A DNA stretch of 64,000 nucleotides from an uncultured Oscillospiraceae bacterium (GTDB lineage: Bacteria; Bacillota; Clostridia; Oscillospirales; Oscillospiraceae): positions 9,940 through 73,939 of the forward strand of contig CAZVDH010000001.1 in NCBI GenBank assembly GCA_964625595.1, given 5' to 3'. Each line of letters begins with the position of its first letter. The first letter of the stretch is position 1. The notes under the pieces are model-generated. The model was not told where the DNA came from. It did not search any database and saw nothing but the letters and a program-made list of their open reading frames with translations. Positions 26,310-36,135 of the stretch are shown piece after piece. The translations under genes were made by a program, and so were the position numbers.

Positions 26310-29282
26310 ATGGTTTTGTCTGAACCGAAATTGATCTCCCCTTTGCTGGACGGCTTTGCCATCGGCGCGCCTATGAGCAGCCGAAGCGGTGTATGCTGCT
26401 GCCCGGCAATCAAGGAAAACACGGATAAAAAGTATATAGTCAAAATAATCTCCATCCCTGCATCCCAGGTCCAGCTGGACGCGCTTCTTCTGACAAAAGC
26501 CTATAAGGATCCGGCAGATGCTATGGAGTATTTCAAATCCCAGGCTGACAGTATTCTTGAAGAAGCCGCATTTCTTGGGAAGCTATCCAAGCTGGAAGGT
26601 TTTTTGCCCTATGAGGGCTGGCAGATCGCGCCCATGAAAAAAAATGAGCTGGGCTATGATGTGTATCTGCTCAGCCCCTACCGGCGCTCTCTGGAAAAGC
26701 ACATGCGCCGCAGAGCCATGACCCATCTGGACGCAGTCAATCTTGGCTTGGATCTGTGCGCTGCCCTTTCTGTATGCCGCAGGTCAGGAAGAATCTGCGC
26801 AGACCTGAAGCCTGCCAACATTTTTGTCTCCCAGGAAAAGGAGTACCGCATCGGCGATCTTGGTTTTGTCCCCATGGACGCCCTGCGCTACACGTCTCTC
26901 CCGGACCGCTGCCGCAGCCCTTATATGCCGCCGGAAACCCGGGATTTGCTGGGCACTCTGAATGACACCGTGGATACCTACGCTGTGGGCATGATCCTGT
27001 ATCAGCTCTATAACGGCGGAAACCTCCCGGACTTTCCCGAAGATCCGGCTCAGCCTTTGCCGAAGCCCCAGTTTGCAAGTGAGGAAATGGCCCGGATTCT
27101 CCTGAAAGCCTGCGCGCCAAAGCCGGAGGATCGCTGGAATAATCCCATCGATATGGGGCAGGCCCTGGTCAGCTACATGCAGCGGTGCACCGTCAACGAT
27201 ACGCCTATTGTTCCCCAGCCGGAAGATGTCACGCCAGACAAAGCCGCTTCCCAGCCGGATGGATCCCCCGGTACACCGGAGGAAACCATTGAATTTTCCA
27301 TGATCCCCGTGGAAAAGCCCCAGGATCAGCGGACTGCGGGAACCTGGGAGATCGTCCCGGAAAGCGGCGCGGAAGAGGTGCCGCCGGATATGGAGGAAAC
27401 GATCATTCCGCCGCCGGACAGTGAAAACGGGACGGTTGCCCCGGAAACACCGGCGCCGCCCTCCCTGCCGGAAGATGCAGCCGAGGAAAGCCCAACCCCG
27501 GAACCGGAGCAGGAGCTCCCACCCGGGAACCCTCCCGCAGAGCTGGTGGATTCCATTCCGGAACCGGAAGATCATAGAACCGATTCCGCGGAAGAAGATG
27601 CCTTTTCCCGGGAACTGGAAGAACTTAATCAGCTTCTGTGTGAAGGCAGCGAGACAAAAGCGGATGCGTCTGCCGATGCAAGAAAAAGTGTTTCCGGCGG
27701 AAAGCCCACCCCTCCCCCAAAAGTCAAACCGGAAAAGAACCATTCCGGGGGGCATAAGTTCCTGGTTACATTACTGGTGCTGTTTTTGCTGGCGGCCGTT
27801 GGTTTTGGCGGATTTACTTTCTACCACTATTATTACCTGCAAACCGTTGACAGCATTCAAATTGCGGGAACACAGAATCAGATCACCGTTACCGTAAAAA
27901 CCTCAGCGGACGCCTCTGCCATTACCGTAACCTGTACGGATGTATACGGCAAGACCATGCGCAGCCCGTTAAACGGAGGTCAGGCGGTCTTTACCGACCT
28001 CAGCCCGGATTCTCTGTACAAGATCCAACTGGAAACCACCGGATTTCACAAGCTGACAGGTCAGATTTCCGACATCTTTACCACCGATCCCATTACGGAA
28101 ATTGTGGACATCAGTGCGGTCACCGGCCCTGAGGACGGTTCCGTACTTTTATCCATGACGGTGAAAGGAAATGATCCGGAAGCCTGGACCGTCACCTGCT
28201 TTGCGGAGGGTGAGGAAACTATCACCCAGGACTTTACCGGGCACAACGTTACCGTAAAGGGGCTTACCGTTGGCAAGACCTACTCTTTCCAGGTCGGCAC
28301 CGCGGACGGTACACAGCTTGCGGGAAACACCCTGACTGAGTTTACCGCAGCAAGTCTGATTATGGCAAAAGACCTGACCGTCACAGCCCACAGCGGCAGT
28401 TCGCTTACCGTCTGCTGGACACCTCCCGATGATTCCGTCTCTGTCTGGACGGTCCGTTGCTACGGCAGCGGCTATGATGAATATCAGGAGGTAACCGGCA
28501 GCGAGACCACCTTTGATGGTATCAGCGAAACCACAGCCTACACCGTGGAAGTAACCGCCGACGGGATGACCCAGTCCGCCCGGCTCGGCGTAAGCGCCAA
28601 TCCTGTGAACATCACCGGATTCCATGTCTCCGAAAACAGCGAGGACCGAAGACTGCAGGTCAGTTGGGAATATGACGGCACCGCTCCCCAAGGCGGATGG
28701 CTGCTGATGTACAGTATTGATGGCAACACGACCCAGAACATAGAAGAAACCGAAAATCCTGCCATGGAGATCACGCCGATCATCCCCGGCGCTGAATATA
28801 CCTTTACTGTTTCGTCTCCGGACAGCATTTCTGTTTTCAACGATGTGTATACCTACACAGCAAACAAAGCAAAGGTTTACTCCGGTCATGCGATCACGGG
28901 GTATAAAATCACCGCTAAGTCCCTGGTTACCCCGGCAGCCCAGGGCTGGAACCAGTCCACCATCAGCAATAAAGACTATACTTCCACCTTTACCCTGGGC
29001 CAATCCATCTCTCTCGTGCTGCAAGCCAGCGTAAATTTCTATCTGGACAAGGAGGATGTTGACATCATGTATGTCGTCCGGGACAGCGACGGTAAGGTCA
29101 TCCCGGGACTTCTCGGCCAGGAAACCAAGAACTGGCACAGCCTGTGGTCTCCCGCCGACTATCACTTCTGCGAGCTTACGCTTCCCCACGTTCCGGATAT
29201 TGCCGGCAGCTATACTGTTGATGTGTATTTCGACGGTCAGAGTGTTGTCAGCGTTCCTTTCACCATGGAGCGGAGCACGTAA
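26310..29282 (+). CDS. Membrane-anchored Hanks-type Ser/Thr kinase-like protein with extracellular FN3-like repeats
   Basis: IVK, DLKPANIF, GDLG, YMPPE, DTYAVG; P/E-rich linker; TM; beta-rich FN3-like modules. Confidence 0.85.
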   Translation: MVLSEPKLISPLLDGFAIGAPMSSRSGVCCCPAIKENTDKKYIVKIISIPASQVQLDALLLTKAYKDPADAMEYFKSQADSILEEAAFLGKLSKLEGFLPYEGWQIAPMKKNELGYDVYLLSPYRRSLEKHMRRRAMTHLDAVNLGLDLCAALSVCRRSGRICADLKPANIFVSQEKEYRIGDLGFVPMDALRYTSLPDRCRSPYMPPETRDLLGTLNDTVDTYAVGMILYQLYNGGNLPDFPEDPAQPLPKPQFASEEMARILLKACAPKPEDRWNNPIDMGQALVSYMQRCTVNDTPIVPQPEDVTPDKAASQPDGSPGTPEETIEFSMIPVEKPQDQRTAGTWEIVPESGAEEVPPDMEETIIPPPDSENGTVAPETPAPPSLPEDAAEESPTPEPEQELPPGNPPAELVDSIPEPEDHRTDSAEEDAFSRELEELNQLLCEGSETKADASADARKSVSGGKPTPPPKVKPEKNHSGGHKFLVTLLVLFLLAAVGFGGFTFYHYYYLQTVDSIQIAGTQNQITVTVKTSADASAITVTCTDVYGKTMRSPLNGGQAVFTDLSPDSLYKIQLETTGFHKLTGQISDIFTTDPITEIVDISAVTGPEDGSVLLSMTVKGNDPEAWTVTCFAEGEETITQDFTGHNVTVKGLTVGKTYSFQVGTADGTQLAGNTLTEFTAASLIMAKDLTVTAHSGSSLTVCWTPPDDSVSVWTVRCYGSGYDEYQEVTGSETTFDGISETTAYTVEVTADGMTQSARLGVSANPVNITGFHVSENSEDRRLQVSWEYDGTAPQGGWLLMYSIDGNTTQNIEETENPAMEITPIIPGAEYTFTVSSPDSISVFNDVYTYTANKAKVYSGHAITGYKITAKSLVTPAAQGWNQSTISNKDYTSTFTLGQSISLVLQASVNFYLDKEDVDIMYVVRDSDGKVIPGLLGQETKNWHSLWSPADYHFCELTLPHVPDIAGSYTVDVYFDGQSVVSVPFTMERST

Positions 29283-29294
29283 ATTTCAAAACGG

Positions 29295-29334
29295 CAGCGC
29301 GGTTCCTTTTAAATGGGAACCGCGTTGTTATTTT
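29295..29334 (+). terminator. Intrinsic terminator
   Basis: CAGCGCGGTTCC/GGAACCGCGTTG plus T-tract. Confidence 0.75.
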
Positions 29335-29455
29335 GCCATAAAGAAAAGTCATTATCCCGGGAATCCCTGTGTAAAAAACAGATTTTTGGCCGTGTTCACA
29401 CATTACGTTTGCAAATGTGCTACAATATCGCCAGTTCTTTGAAAGGAGATGCTCC

Positions 29456-29992
29456 ATGCGAGGGAAAAGCCACCGCTGCCTCGGGCAGTACCTTGTGGAA
29501 AAATATATGCCCAATGCCCCCAAACGCTACATCCGCGCTTTTCTCATTGGATGCATCGAACCGGACCGAAACCCTGCTACCTATCTCAAGGGTTCCATTC
29601 GGTGTCAATGGCTCCGGGGACACAACTATGAAAACGCCCGCAGATATATGCGCAGACTTGCTGAACGGCTGGAACGGAAGGAACGGCTTTTTCTCATTGA
29701 TTACTACGCTTTGGGAAAGCTGATCCACTACACCGCTGATGCCTTTACATACGCCCATAACCAGGATTTCCCCGAGGATCTGCGGGAGCACTGTGCCTAT
29801 GAAAAAGCGCTGCAGGAATATTTCCTGGCCTTTCTCCACGGGGACCCCCCTCCCTGCTCAGGTACTTGCCCCAATGTTATGGAAACTATTCAGGAAAATC
29901 ACCGCCGCTATATGCGGCGTCCCGGCAGCATACTCACCGATGCCCGGTACGCCTTCACAGTCAGCTGTCAAGTTGCCGCCACTATTTTGTAA
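29456..29992 (+). CDS. Zinc-dependent phospholipase C-family protein (no signal peptide)
   Basis: N-terminal H, GCIEPD, LGKLIHYTADAF..H, H..YE; SD AAAGGAG. Confidence 0.8.
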   Translation: MRGKSHRCLGQYLVEKYMPNAPKRYIRAFLIGCIEPDRNPATYLKGSIRCQWLRGHNYENARRYMRRLAERLERKERLFLIDYYALGKLIHYTADAFTYAHNQDFPEDLREHCAYEKALQEYFLAFLHGDPPPCSGTCPNVMETIQENHRRYMRRPGSILTDARYAFTVSCQVAATIL

Positions 29993-29996
29993 CGAA

Positions 29997-30040
29997 AAAC
30001 CCCGCCCTGTTCCTCCATCAGGCAGAACAGGGCGGGGTTT
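29997..30040. terminator. Bidirectional terminator
   Basis: AAACCCCGCCCTGTTC/GAACAGGGCGGGGTTT. Confidence 0.8.
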
Positions 30041-30042
30041 GA

Positions 30043-30480
30043 TTACGTTTTTCCGTATTTTTCCGCAAGATATATAATTGCCTGCCGGTAACCGTCCAGG
30101 CCCTGGCCTTTGATGGTTTTCTCGCAGGCCATCCCGGCATAGGACACATGCCGGAAAGGTTCCCGGGCATCCACATCGGAAATATGCACCTCCACAGCCG
30201 GGAGAGAAACCGCTTTCAGCGCGTCCAGGATCGCTATGCTGGTGTGGGTATAGGCACCGGGGTTGATCACAATGGCATCCGCGTTTCCATAGGCCCATTG
30301 GATCTTATCTACCAGGTCCCCTTCGTGGTTGGACTGATACTGGGTCACCTCCGTACCGGTTTCTTTTCCGGTTTTCTCCAGCAGGGCCAGTAAATCCGTA
30401 AAGCTGTTTTTCCCGTAGATCCCCGGCTCCCGAATCCCCAGCATATTCAGATTGGGTCCGTTGATGACCAATATTTTCAT
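30043..30480 (-). CDS. aroQ: Type II 3-dehydroquinate dehydratase
   Basis: NGPNLNMLGIREP..YG, QSNHEG, INPGAYTHTS, EVHIS. Confidence 0.97.
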   Translation of the reverse strand: MKILVINGPNLNMLGIREPGIYGKNSFTDLLALLEKTGKETGTEVTQYQSNHEGDLVDKIQWAYGNADAIVINPGAYTHTSIAILDALKAVSLPAVEVHISDVDAREPFRHVSYAGMACEKTIKGQGLDGYRQAIIYLAEKYGKT

Positions 30481-31703
30481 TTCCGTTCCTCCCATGCTGT
30501 GATGATCTGTGTAAGGGTATCTTCCAGACTGCCGTTATTGTCTACGGTGTAATCGGCAAACCGGCAGTACATGGGTTCCCTGCGTTTTCGCATTTCAGAC
30601 AGCGGTCCTGCCTGGGACAGCGGGCGCCCCTGGGTGGGGAGCTTATCCGTATCCCGGGTCAGCCGGAAGACAATTCCGTTGCGGTGAAGCAATGGATAGT
30701 TTTCCTCCCGGGTGACACAGCCGCCCCCTGTGGCGATGACAAGGCCGGATTCTTTGCCCAGATCAGCGAGAGTTTTTGTCTCCATCCCCCGGAATACAGC
30801 CTCACCGTCTGTACGGATGATGTCCTCGGTCCGGCGGCCGGTGTTTTTCTCCAATACCGCGTCCGCATCCCGGAACTGCTTACCAAGACGCTTTGCCAGT
30901 GCCTGTCCTACGGTTGTCTTTCCGCTTCCGGGCATGCCGATCAGAATCAGATTTTCCATCCGGCCACGAAGTACGGAATAAATCTTCCCTACGGTTTCAT
31001 CGGGGATCCTGCTTCCCGTAAACCATTCGGCGCTCTCCTTTGCCTGGGCAACCAGCATCCAAAGACCGTTCTCAGTGACCAGGCCCCTCTCTTCCGCTTC
31101 CAAAAGCAGCCGGGTCCGGGCAGGGTTGTAAATCACATCCAGAACCCCCTCCAGCTTTGGAAACCCATTCAGGGACAGAGGCGTATCCTCCACCGTCGGG
31201 TACATGCCCACAGGGGTGGCATTAACAATGACGGAAGCGTCAGCATGGCGGGATAGATTCCTATAGTTATTCTCCCCGGACCGGGATATACAAACCGGGT
31301 GGGCGCCCAGCTCTTCCAGTACCGCAATCACCGTGTTGGACGCGCCTCCGCTGCCCAGAACGAGCACCTTTTTCCCGGGAAATGCCAGCCCGCTTCGCTG
31401 GGCCATGGAGCGGAAACCCGCGTAATCCGTATTGTGGCCAATGAGACTTCCGTCCGGCCGCCGCACAATGGTGTTCACAGCGCCCAGCTTCCGTGCCGTC
31501 GGGGACAGCTCCGCAAGGAACGGAAGCACAGCTTTCTTATAAGGAATTGTCACATTCAGACCCTGAAAACTGCCATTACGGAGAAAATCTTCCAATTCTT
31601 CCGGTTCCACCTCAAACAGCCGGTAGCTGTAGGGACCCAGCATAGCGTGAATCTGGGGCGAATAGCTGTGCCCCAGTTTTCTTCCCAGCAGTCCGCACTC
31701 CAT
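30477..31703 (-). CDS. aroE: Shikimate dehydrogenase-shikimate kinase fusion (AroE-AroK)
   Basis: HSYSP, NVTIPYK, AVNT, NTD, GSGG, then GMPGSGKTT and ATGGG kinase motifs. Confidence 0.93.
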   Translation of the reverse strand: MECGLLGRKLGHSYSPQIHAMLGPYSYRLFEVEPEELEDFLRNGSFQGLNVTIPYKKAVLPFLAELSPTARKLGAVNTIVRRPDGSLIGHNTDYAGFRSMAQRSGLAFPGKKVLVLGSGGASNTVIAVLEELGAHPVCISRSGENNYRNLSRHADASVIVNATPVGMYPTVEDTPLSLNGFPKLEGVLDVIYNPARTRLLLEAEERGLVTENGLWMLVAQAKESAEWFTGSRIPDETVGKIYSVLRGRMENLILIGMPGSGKTTVGQALAKRLGKQFRDADAVLEKNTGRRTEDIIRTDGEAVFRGMETKTLADLGKESGLVIATGGGCVTREENYPLLHRNGIVFRLTRDTDKLPTQGRPLSQAGPLSEMRKRREPMYCRFADYTVDNNGSLEDTLTQIITAWEERK

Positions 31704-32845
31704 CAGACCACCTCGGTGTAGCTGCCCAGGTACTTGAATTCCTCGCAAAGATCTTCAAGTTCACACATGAGCTGCACAAATTCCTCGGAATAAATGGAGG
31801 TTTCCAGGTCAAAGTAGAACATGAACTCGAACTCCCGGTCCGGGATGGGACGGGATTCCAGCTTGGTCACGTTGATTCCCAGGGTATAGAGCCGGGCCAG
31901 GACCCGGTACAGCGCGCCGGGACGGTGGGGCAGAACCATCATCACACTGGTTTTATCGGAGCCGGGATAGATTTCCAGGTTCTTGCTGATGCAGATGAAC
32001 CGGGTACGGTTATTCCCCTTGTCCTGGATAGAGGAAGCCAGGCATTCCAGACCATACAGCTCCGCACAGGACCGGCTGCTCAGGGCCGCCACATCCTTTC
32101 GTCCGGAGGATGCCACCATTTCGGAGGCAATGGCCGTATTGGCAACGGGAATAATATTCACTCCCTCCAGCGTTGCCAGGAAATCGCCGCACTGGCTGAT
32201 AGCCTGCTCGTGGGAATAAATTTCCTTTATATCGGAAAGCTTCGCGCCGGGATTTGCCAGCAGATTGTGATCCACTTTCAGCCGGAAAGTGCGTACAATG
32301 GAAAAGTTCCGCTGGATCATCAGGTCGTAGACTTTCTTCACAGACCCTGCGGTGGAGTTTTCAATGGGCAGGATCCCATATTGGCACAGCCCCTGCTCAA
32401 TGGCGCCAAACACCGCCTCGAAGTTCTTGAAGTACATGATAAAAGGATCCTTGAACATTTTCTCGCAGGCAAGCTGGGAGAACGCCCCCTCTACACCCTG
32501 GCAGGCAACCATGGGAGACTGGGGAAAGAGCTTGGGTGTATTCTCAATGGCATCGGTTATTTTCCGGTACAGCGGTGTTACCTTGCCGCTGTGCTTACCC
32601 TGATAGCTGCGGCTCAGCTCAAAAAGCATGGAATATAGCACCTTTGTATAGCCTGCCATCTCCGGGCCCGCTTTCTTGGCAACATCCTGAAGCTTTTCCC
32701 GCTCCCTGGCAGGGGCAAGAATGGGAAGATTATTTTCTTTCTTGTAGTCCGCGATCCCGGCAGCTACCTCCATCCGTTTTACGAACAGGGCCACCAGTTC
32801 ATCGTCAATGGCATCCATTTCCTGACGGTAATCTTTTAGATCCAT
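31703..32845 (-). CDS. pheA: Chorismate mutase-prephenate dehydratase (P-protein)
   Basis: N-terminal CM_2, PIENSTAG, NRTRF, ACT domain KLESRP. Confidence 0.95.
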   Translation of the reverse strand: MDLKDYRQEMDAIDDELVALFVKRMEVAAGIADYKKENNLPILAPAREREKLQDVAKKAGPEMAGYTKVLYSMLFELSRSYQGKHSGKVTPLYRKITDAIENTPKLFPQSPMVACQGVEGAFSQLACEKMFKDPFIMYFKNFEAVFGAIEQGLCQYGILPIENSTAGSVKKVYDLMIQRNFSIVRTFRLKVDHNLLANPGAKLSDIKEIYSHEQAISQCGDFLATLEGVNIIPVANTAIASEMVASSGRKDVAALSSRSCAELYGLECLASSIQDKGNNRTRFICISKNLEIYPGSDKTSVMMVLPHRPGALYRVLARLYTLGINVTKLESRPIPDREFEFMFYFDLETSIYSEEFVQLMCELEDLCEEFKYLGSYTEVV

Positions 32846-32862
32846 AAAGATCCCTCCTCTTT

Positions 32863-33927
32863 CTATCCTAATATCATATCCATTACCGCGATGGCAGCGG
32901 CGGCTTCTATAACGGGGACGGCCCGGGGCACAATGCAGGGATCGTGACGGCCTTTCACAATCAGAGCCTGTTCCTCTTTCCGGCTCAGGGATACGGAATG
33001 CTGTTGGATTGCGATAGAGGGAGTCGGCTTCACAGCCGCCCGAAAAATCAGGGGCATACCGTCTGTGATCCCACCCAGAATACCGCCGCAGTTGTTGGTA
33101 GCAGTGCGCACTTCCCCGCCGGACACAATAAAGGGGTCATTGCTTTGACTGCCCCGCATTGCAGACAGTCCGAAGCCCAGGCCAAATTCCAATCCCTTCA
33201 CTGCGGGAATCCCGAAAATAATGGCTGCAATCCTGTTTTCCACACCGTCAAACATGGGGTCCCCCAGTCCGGCAGGCAGGCCGGTGACAGCGCACTCGAT
33301 CACGCCGCCCACGCTGTCCCCGGTACTCTTGGCTTCCAGAATTGCCTTTCCCATGGCGTCCCCGGCTTCCGGAGAAAGCACAGGGAATTCTTTTCCAACG
33401 GCGTCAATTTGGGGGTTGACCATATCGAAAGCTGTATCGGAAATGCCTGCGATGGATGCAATATGGGCACCCACCCGGATACCTTTTTGGGCCAGCCACT
33501 GGATGCACAGGCCGCCCGCAATACAGATGGGCGCTGTGAGCCGTCCGGAAAAGTGGCCGCCGCCCGCCGCGTCCTGATACCCGCCGTATTTGATCTGGGC
33601 TGTATAATCGGCGTGGCCGGGACGGGGGCAGTCCCGGAGATTGTCGTAGTCCCCGGAGCGGGTATTGGTGTTGCGGATGATGGCCGTGACCGGCGCGCCG
33701 CAGGTAAACCCGTCCGTAATACCACACAGAAATTCTGGCGTGTCCGCCTCCTTGCGGGTAGTGGAAAAGCCGTTCTGTCCGGGTGCCCGCCGGGCAAGAA
33801 ATGCCTGCAGGGACGCCATGTCTACCGGCAATCCTGCGGGAATTCCGTCCAGGGTCATACCAATGGCCGGGGCGTGGCTCTGCCCAAACACGGAGAGCCT
33901 GAGATTTTCACCGTACAAGCTGCTCAT
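32863..33927 (-). CDS. aroC: Chorismate synthase
   Basis: FGQSH, RPGHAD, GHFSGRLT, GRHDPC. Confidence 0.97.
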   Translation of the reverse strand: MSSLYGENLRLSVFGQSHAPAIGMTLDGIPAGLPVDMASLQAFLARRAPGQNGFSTTRKEADTPEFLCGITDGFTCGAPVTAIIRNTNTRSGDYDNLRDCPRPGHADYTAQIKYGGYQDAAGGGHFSGRLTAPICIAGGLCIQWLAQKGIRVGAHIASIAGISDTAFDMVNPQIDAVGKEFPVLSPEAGDAMGKAILEAKSTGDSVGGVIECAVTGLPAGLGDPMFDGVENRIAAIIFGIPAVKGLEFGLGFGLSAMRGSQSNDPFIVSGGEVRTATNNCGGILGGITDGMPLIFRAAVKPTPSIAIQQHSVSLSRKEEQALIVKGRHDPCIVPRAVPVIEAAAAIAVMDMILG

Positions 33928-35098
33928 AATGACCTCCCAATCGACGGTATTCCTCCCAAAAGCCGGGATAGGATTTACTGACGCATTCCGCGCCCAGGAC
34001 AGTAACCGATCCTGTACAGACAGTGGCAGCGATGGCGGCGGACATGGCGATGCGGTGATCGTTGCAGCTGTCCACAATACCGCCGGTAAGCCTGAACGGG
34101 AAGACGGTCAGGGTGTTTTCGTCCGCTTTCGCCCGTCCCCCAAGGTTTTCCAGCATAGCAATTACCGAGGCAACCCGGTCGGACTCTTTCATACGAAGTC
34201 TGCGGATGTCTGTAAATACCGCGCCATGATTCCGGGCTGCAGCCACGGAAAGAATGGGCACCAGGTCAGGAATATCCGCTGCGGAAATTCTGGGGGCACC
34301 GCTGCGCAGCAAGGGCAGAATCTCCAGGACGGCACGGTCTCCCTGGGGAGAATCCGGATCCAGCCCGTGAAGAGTCAGGCAGCTGCCCAACTCATTGGCA
34401 GTCAGGAAGAAAGCGCCGTTGCTCCAGTCCCCCTCCACGCTGACCGCTCCGGGAGAATGAAACCGGTTTTCCCCTGGATGAGCCGGGTCGCCGCCAAAAA
34501 GAGAAATGGCCGCTTTGGTCATCTCGATATAGGGTCTCGATTCTACTTTCCCGGTTATTTCCAATTGACTTGGCGCATCCAGCAGGGACAGCGCCAGAAG
34601 CAGACCGGTGATATACTGACTGGATACGCCTCCGTCAATACGGTAGGCTCCAGAGTGTAATTTGCCTGTACAACGAATGGTATCCGGCGTGGGGCGGGTC
34701 AGCGTGCAGCCCATCCGCTCCATTTCCTCCCACAGAGGGGACAGGGGGCGCTGGGGAAGCCGCCCCTCCATGGTAAACAGAGCATCTACACCAAGGGCTC
34801 CGGCAACCGGCAGAAGAAAACGCAGGGTGGAACCGCTTTCCCGGCAATGGAGCACCGCCTGCTCCGGCACAGCTTCAACGGGAAACACGGTATAGCCGGA
34901 ATCGGTTCGGATGATCTTCGCTCCCAAAGCGGTAAGACAGTCTGCCGTCGCTTCAATGTCCCTGTTTGTTTCGGCGCACCGTAAAAGCGTGGGCTTGTCG
35001 GAGAAAGCCGCGCAGATCAGCAGCCTGTGTGCCTGTGACTTTGATGGGATCACATTGAGTTTCCCCCGCAGGGGGGAGGGGCTGATGGTAATATCCAT
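33908..35098 (-). CDS. aroA: 3-phosphoshikimate 1-carboxyvinyltransferase
   Basis: SKSQAHR, ESGSTLRF, SSQY, KESDR, DHRIAM, KSYP. Confidence 0.96.
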   Translation of the reverse strand: MDITISPSPLRGKLNVIPSKSQAHRLLICAAFSDKPTLLRCAETNRDIEATADCLTALGAKIIRTDSGYTVFPVEAVPEQAVLHCRESGSTLRFLLPVAGALGVDALFTMEGRLPQRPLSPLWEEMERMGCTLTRPTPDTIRCTGKLHSGAYRIDGGVSSQYITGLLLALSLLDAPSQLEITGKVESRPYIEMTKAAISLFGGDPAHPGENRFHSPGAVSVEGDWSNGAFFLTANELGSCLTLHGLDPDSPQGDRAVLEILPLLRSGAPRISAADIPDLVPILSVAAARNHGAVFTDIRRLRMKESDRVASVIAMLENLGGRAKADENTLTVFPFRLTGGIVDSCNDHRIAMSAAIAATVCTGSVTVLGAECVSKSYPGFWEEYRRLGGHYEQLVR

Positions 35099-35100
35099 AA

Positions 35101-36135
35101 TTAAAGACCTGCCTGAATAAAGGATTTCAGCTGCCCAACAGGCGTCGGGACAATGGAGCAGTCTCCAATGGCGTTGGGCAGAATCAGATTCACCTGATCG
35201 GCAGAACGCTTTTTATCGGACAGAGCATAAGAAAGAATGTCATCCGCAGTCTCTGCCGTAGTCGTGGGCAGTCCAAATTGCTCCAGGATTGCCAGGATCC
35301 GGGGCGCGTCCTCGCAGCCGCTGGCACGGCTTACAATGGCGATACCGGCAGCAACGGCTTTTCCGTGGGACAGGGTAAAATTGCTCTTTGCTTCTATTCC
35401 GTGGCCGATGGTGTGGCCCAGATTCAGCTTCATTCTGGCACCTGTGTCAAACTCATCCTCCATGACCACATTCCGTTTCAGCTCCACACAGCGGGTGATC
35501 ACATATTCCCGGTCGAAGTCCATGCCGTGCTTCTCCAGGTGGGAGAAAAGAACCGGATCGTACAGAATTCCGTACTTAATCACCTCGGCGCAGCCGTCCC
35601 GGAAAATCTCCCGGGGAAGTGTATTCAGGGTATCGGTGTCGCACAGCACCAGGCTGGGCTGGCAGAAAGCACCCGCCAGATTCTTTCCCGCCGGGAGATC
35701 GATGGCGGTTTTTCCGCCTACGGAGGAATCCACCGCCGCAAGCAGAGTCGTGGGAACCTGGATAAACCGGATGCCCCGCAGATAGGTAGCGGCAGCAAAG
35801 CCTGCCAGATCTCCCACAACGCCGCCCCCAAGGGCGACGATCAGATCCGAACGGGTCAGCCGGTTATCCGCGAGAAAATTCAAAAGAGCCAAATAGGTCT
35901 GGGCGTTTTTGCTTTCCTCCCCGGCGGAAAATACAAAGGTGACGACGGTGAATCCGGCATTTTTCAGGCTGGCCGCCGCGGTTTCCCCGTAAAGTGGGAA
36001 CACAGTGGACTCACTCACGAGGCAGACTGTTTTGGCTTTTCCCAGCTTTTGCGTAAGGCGCCCCAGCTGATTCATCAGACCGCTGCCAATGAGAATATCA
36101 TATTTCTTTGAGGCGCTGACTGTTACCGTATTCAT
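35101..36135 (-). CDS. aroB: 3-dehydroquinate synthase
   Basis: GGGVVGD, PTTLLAAVDSSVGGKT, LNLGHT.GH, HG.AV. Confidence 0.97.
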   Translation of the reverse strand: MNTVTVSASKKYDILIGSGLMNQLGRLTQKLGKAKTVCLVSESTVFPLYGETAAASLKNAGFTVVTFVFSAGEESKNAQTYLALLNFLADNRLTRSDLIVALGGGVVGDLAGFAAATYLRGIRFIQVPTTLLAAVDSSVGGKTAIDLPAGKNLAGAFCQPSLVLCDTDTLNTLPREIFRDGCAEVIKYGILYDPVLFSHLEKHGMDFDREYVITRCVELKRNVVMEDEFDTGARMKLNLGHTIGHGIEAKSNFTLSHGKAVAAGIAIVSRASGCEDAPRILAILEQFGLPTTTAETADDILSYALSDKKRSADQVNLILPNAIGDCSIVPTPVGQLKSFIQAGL

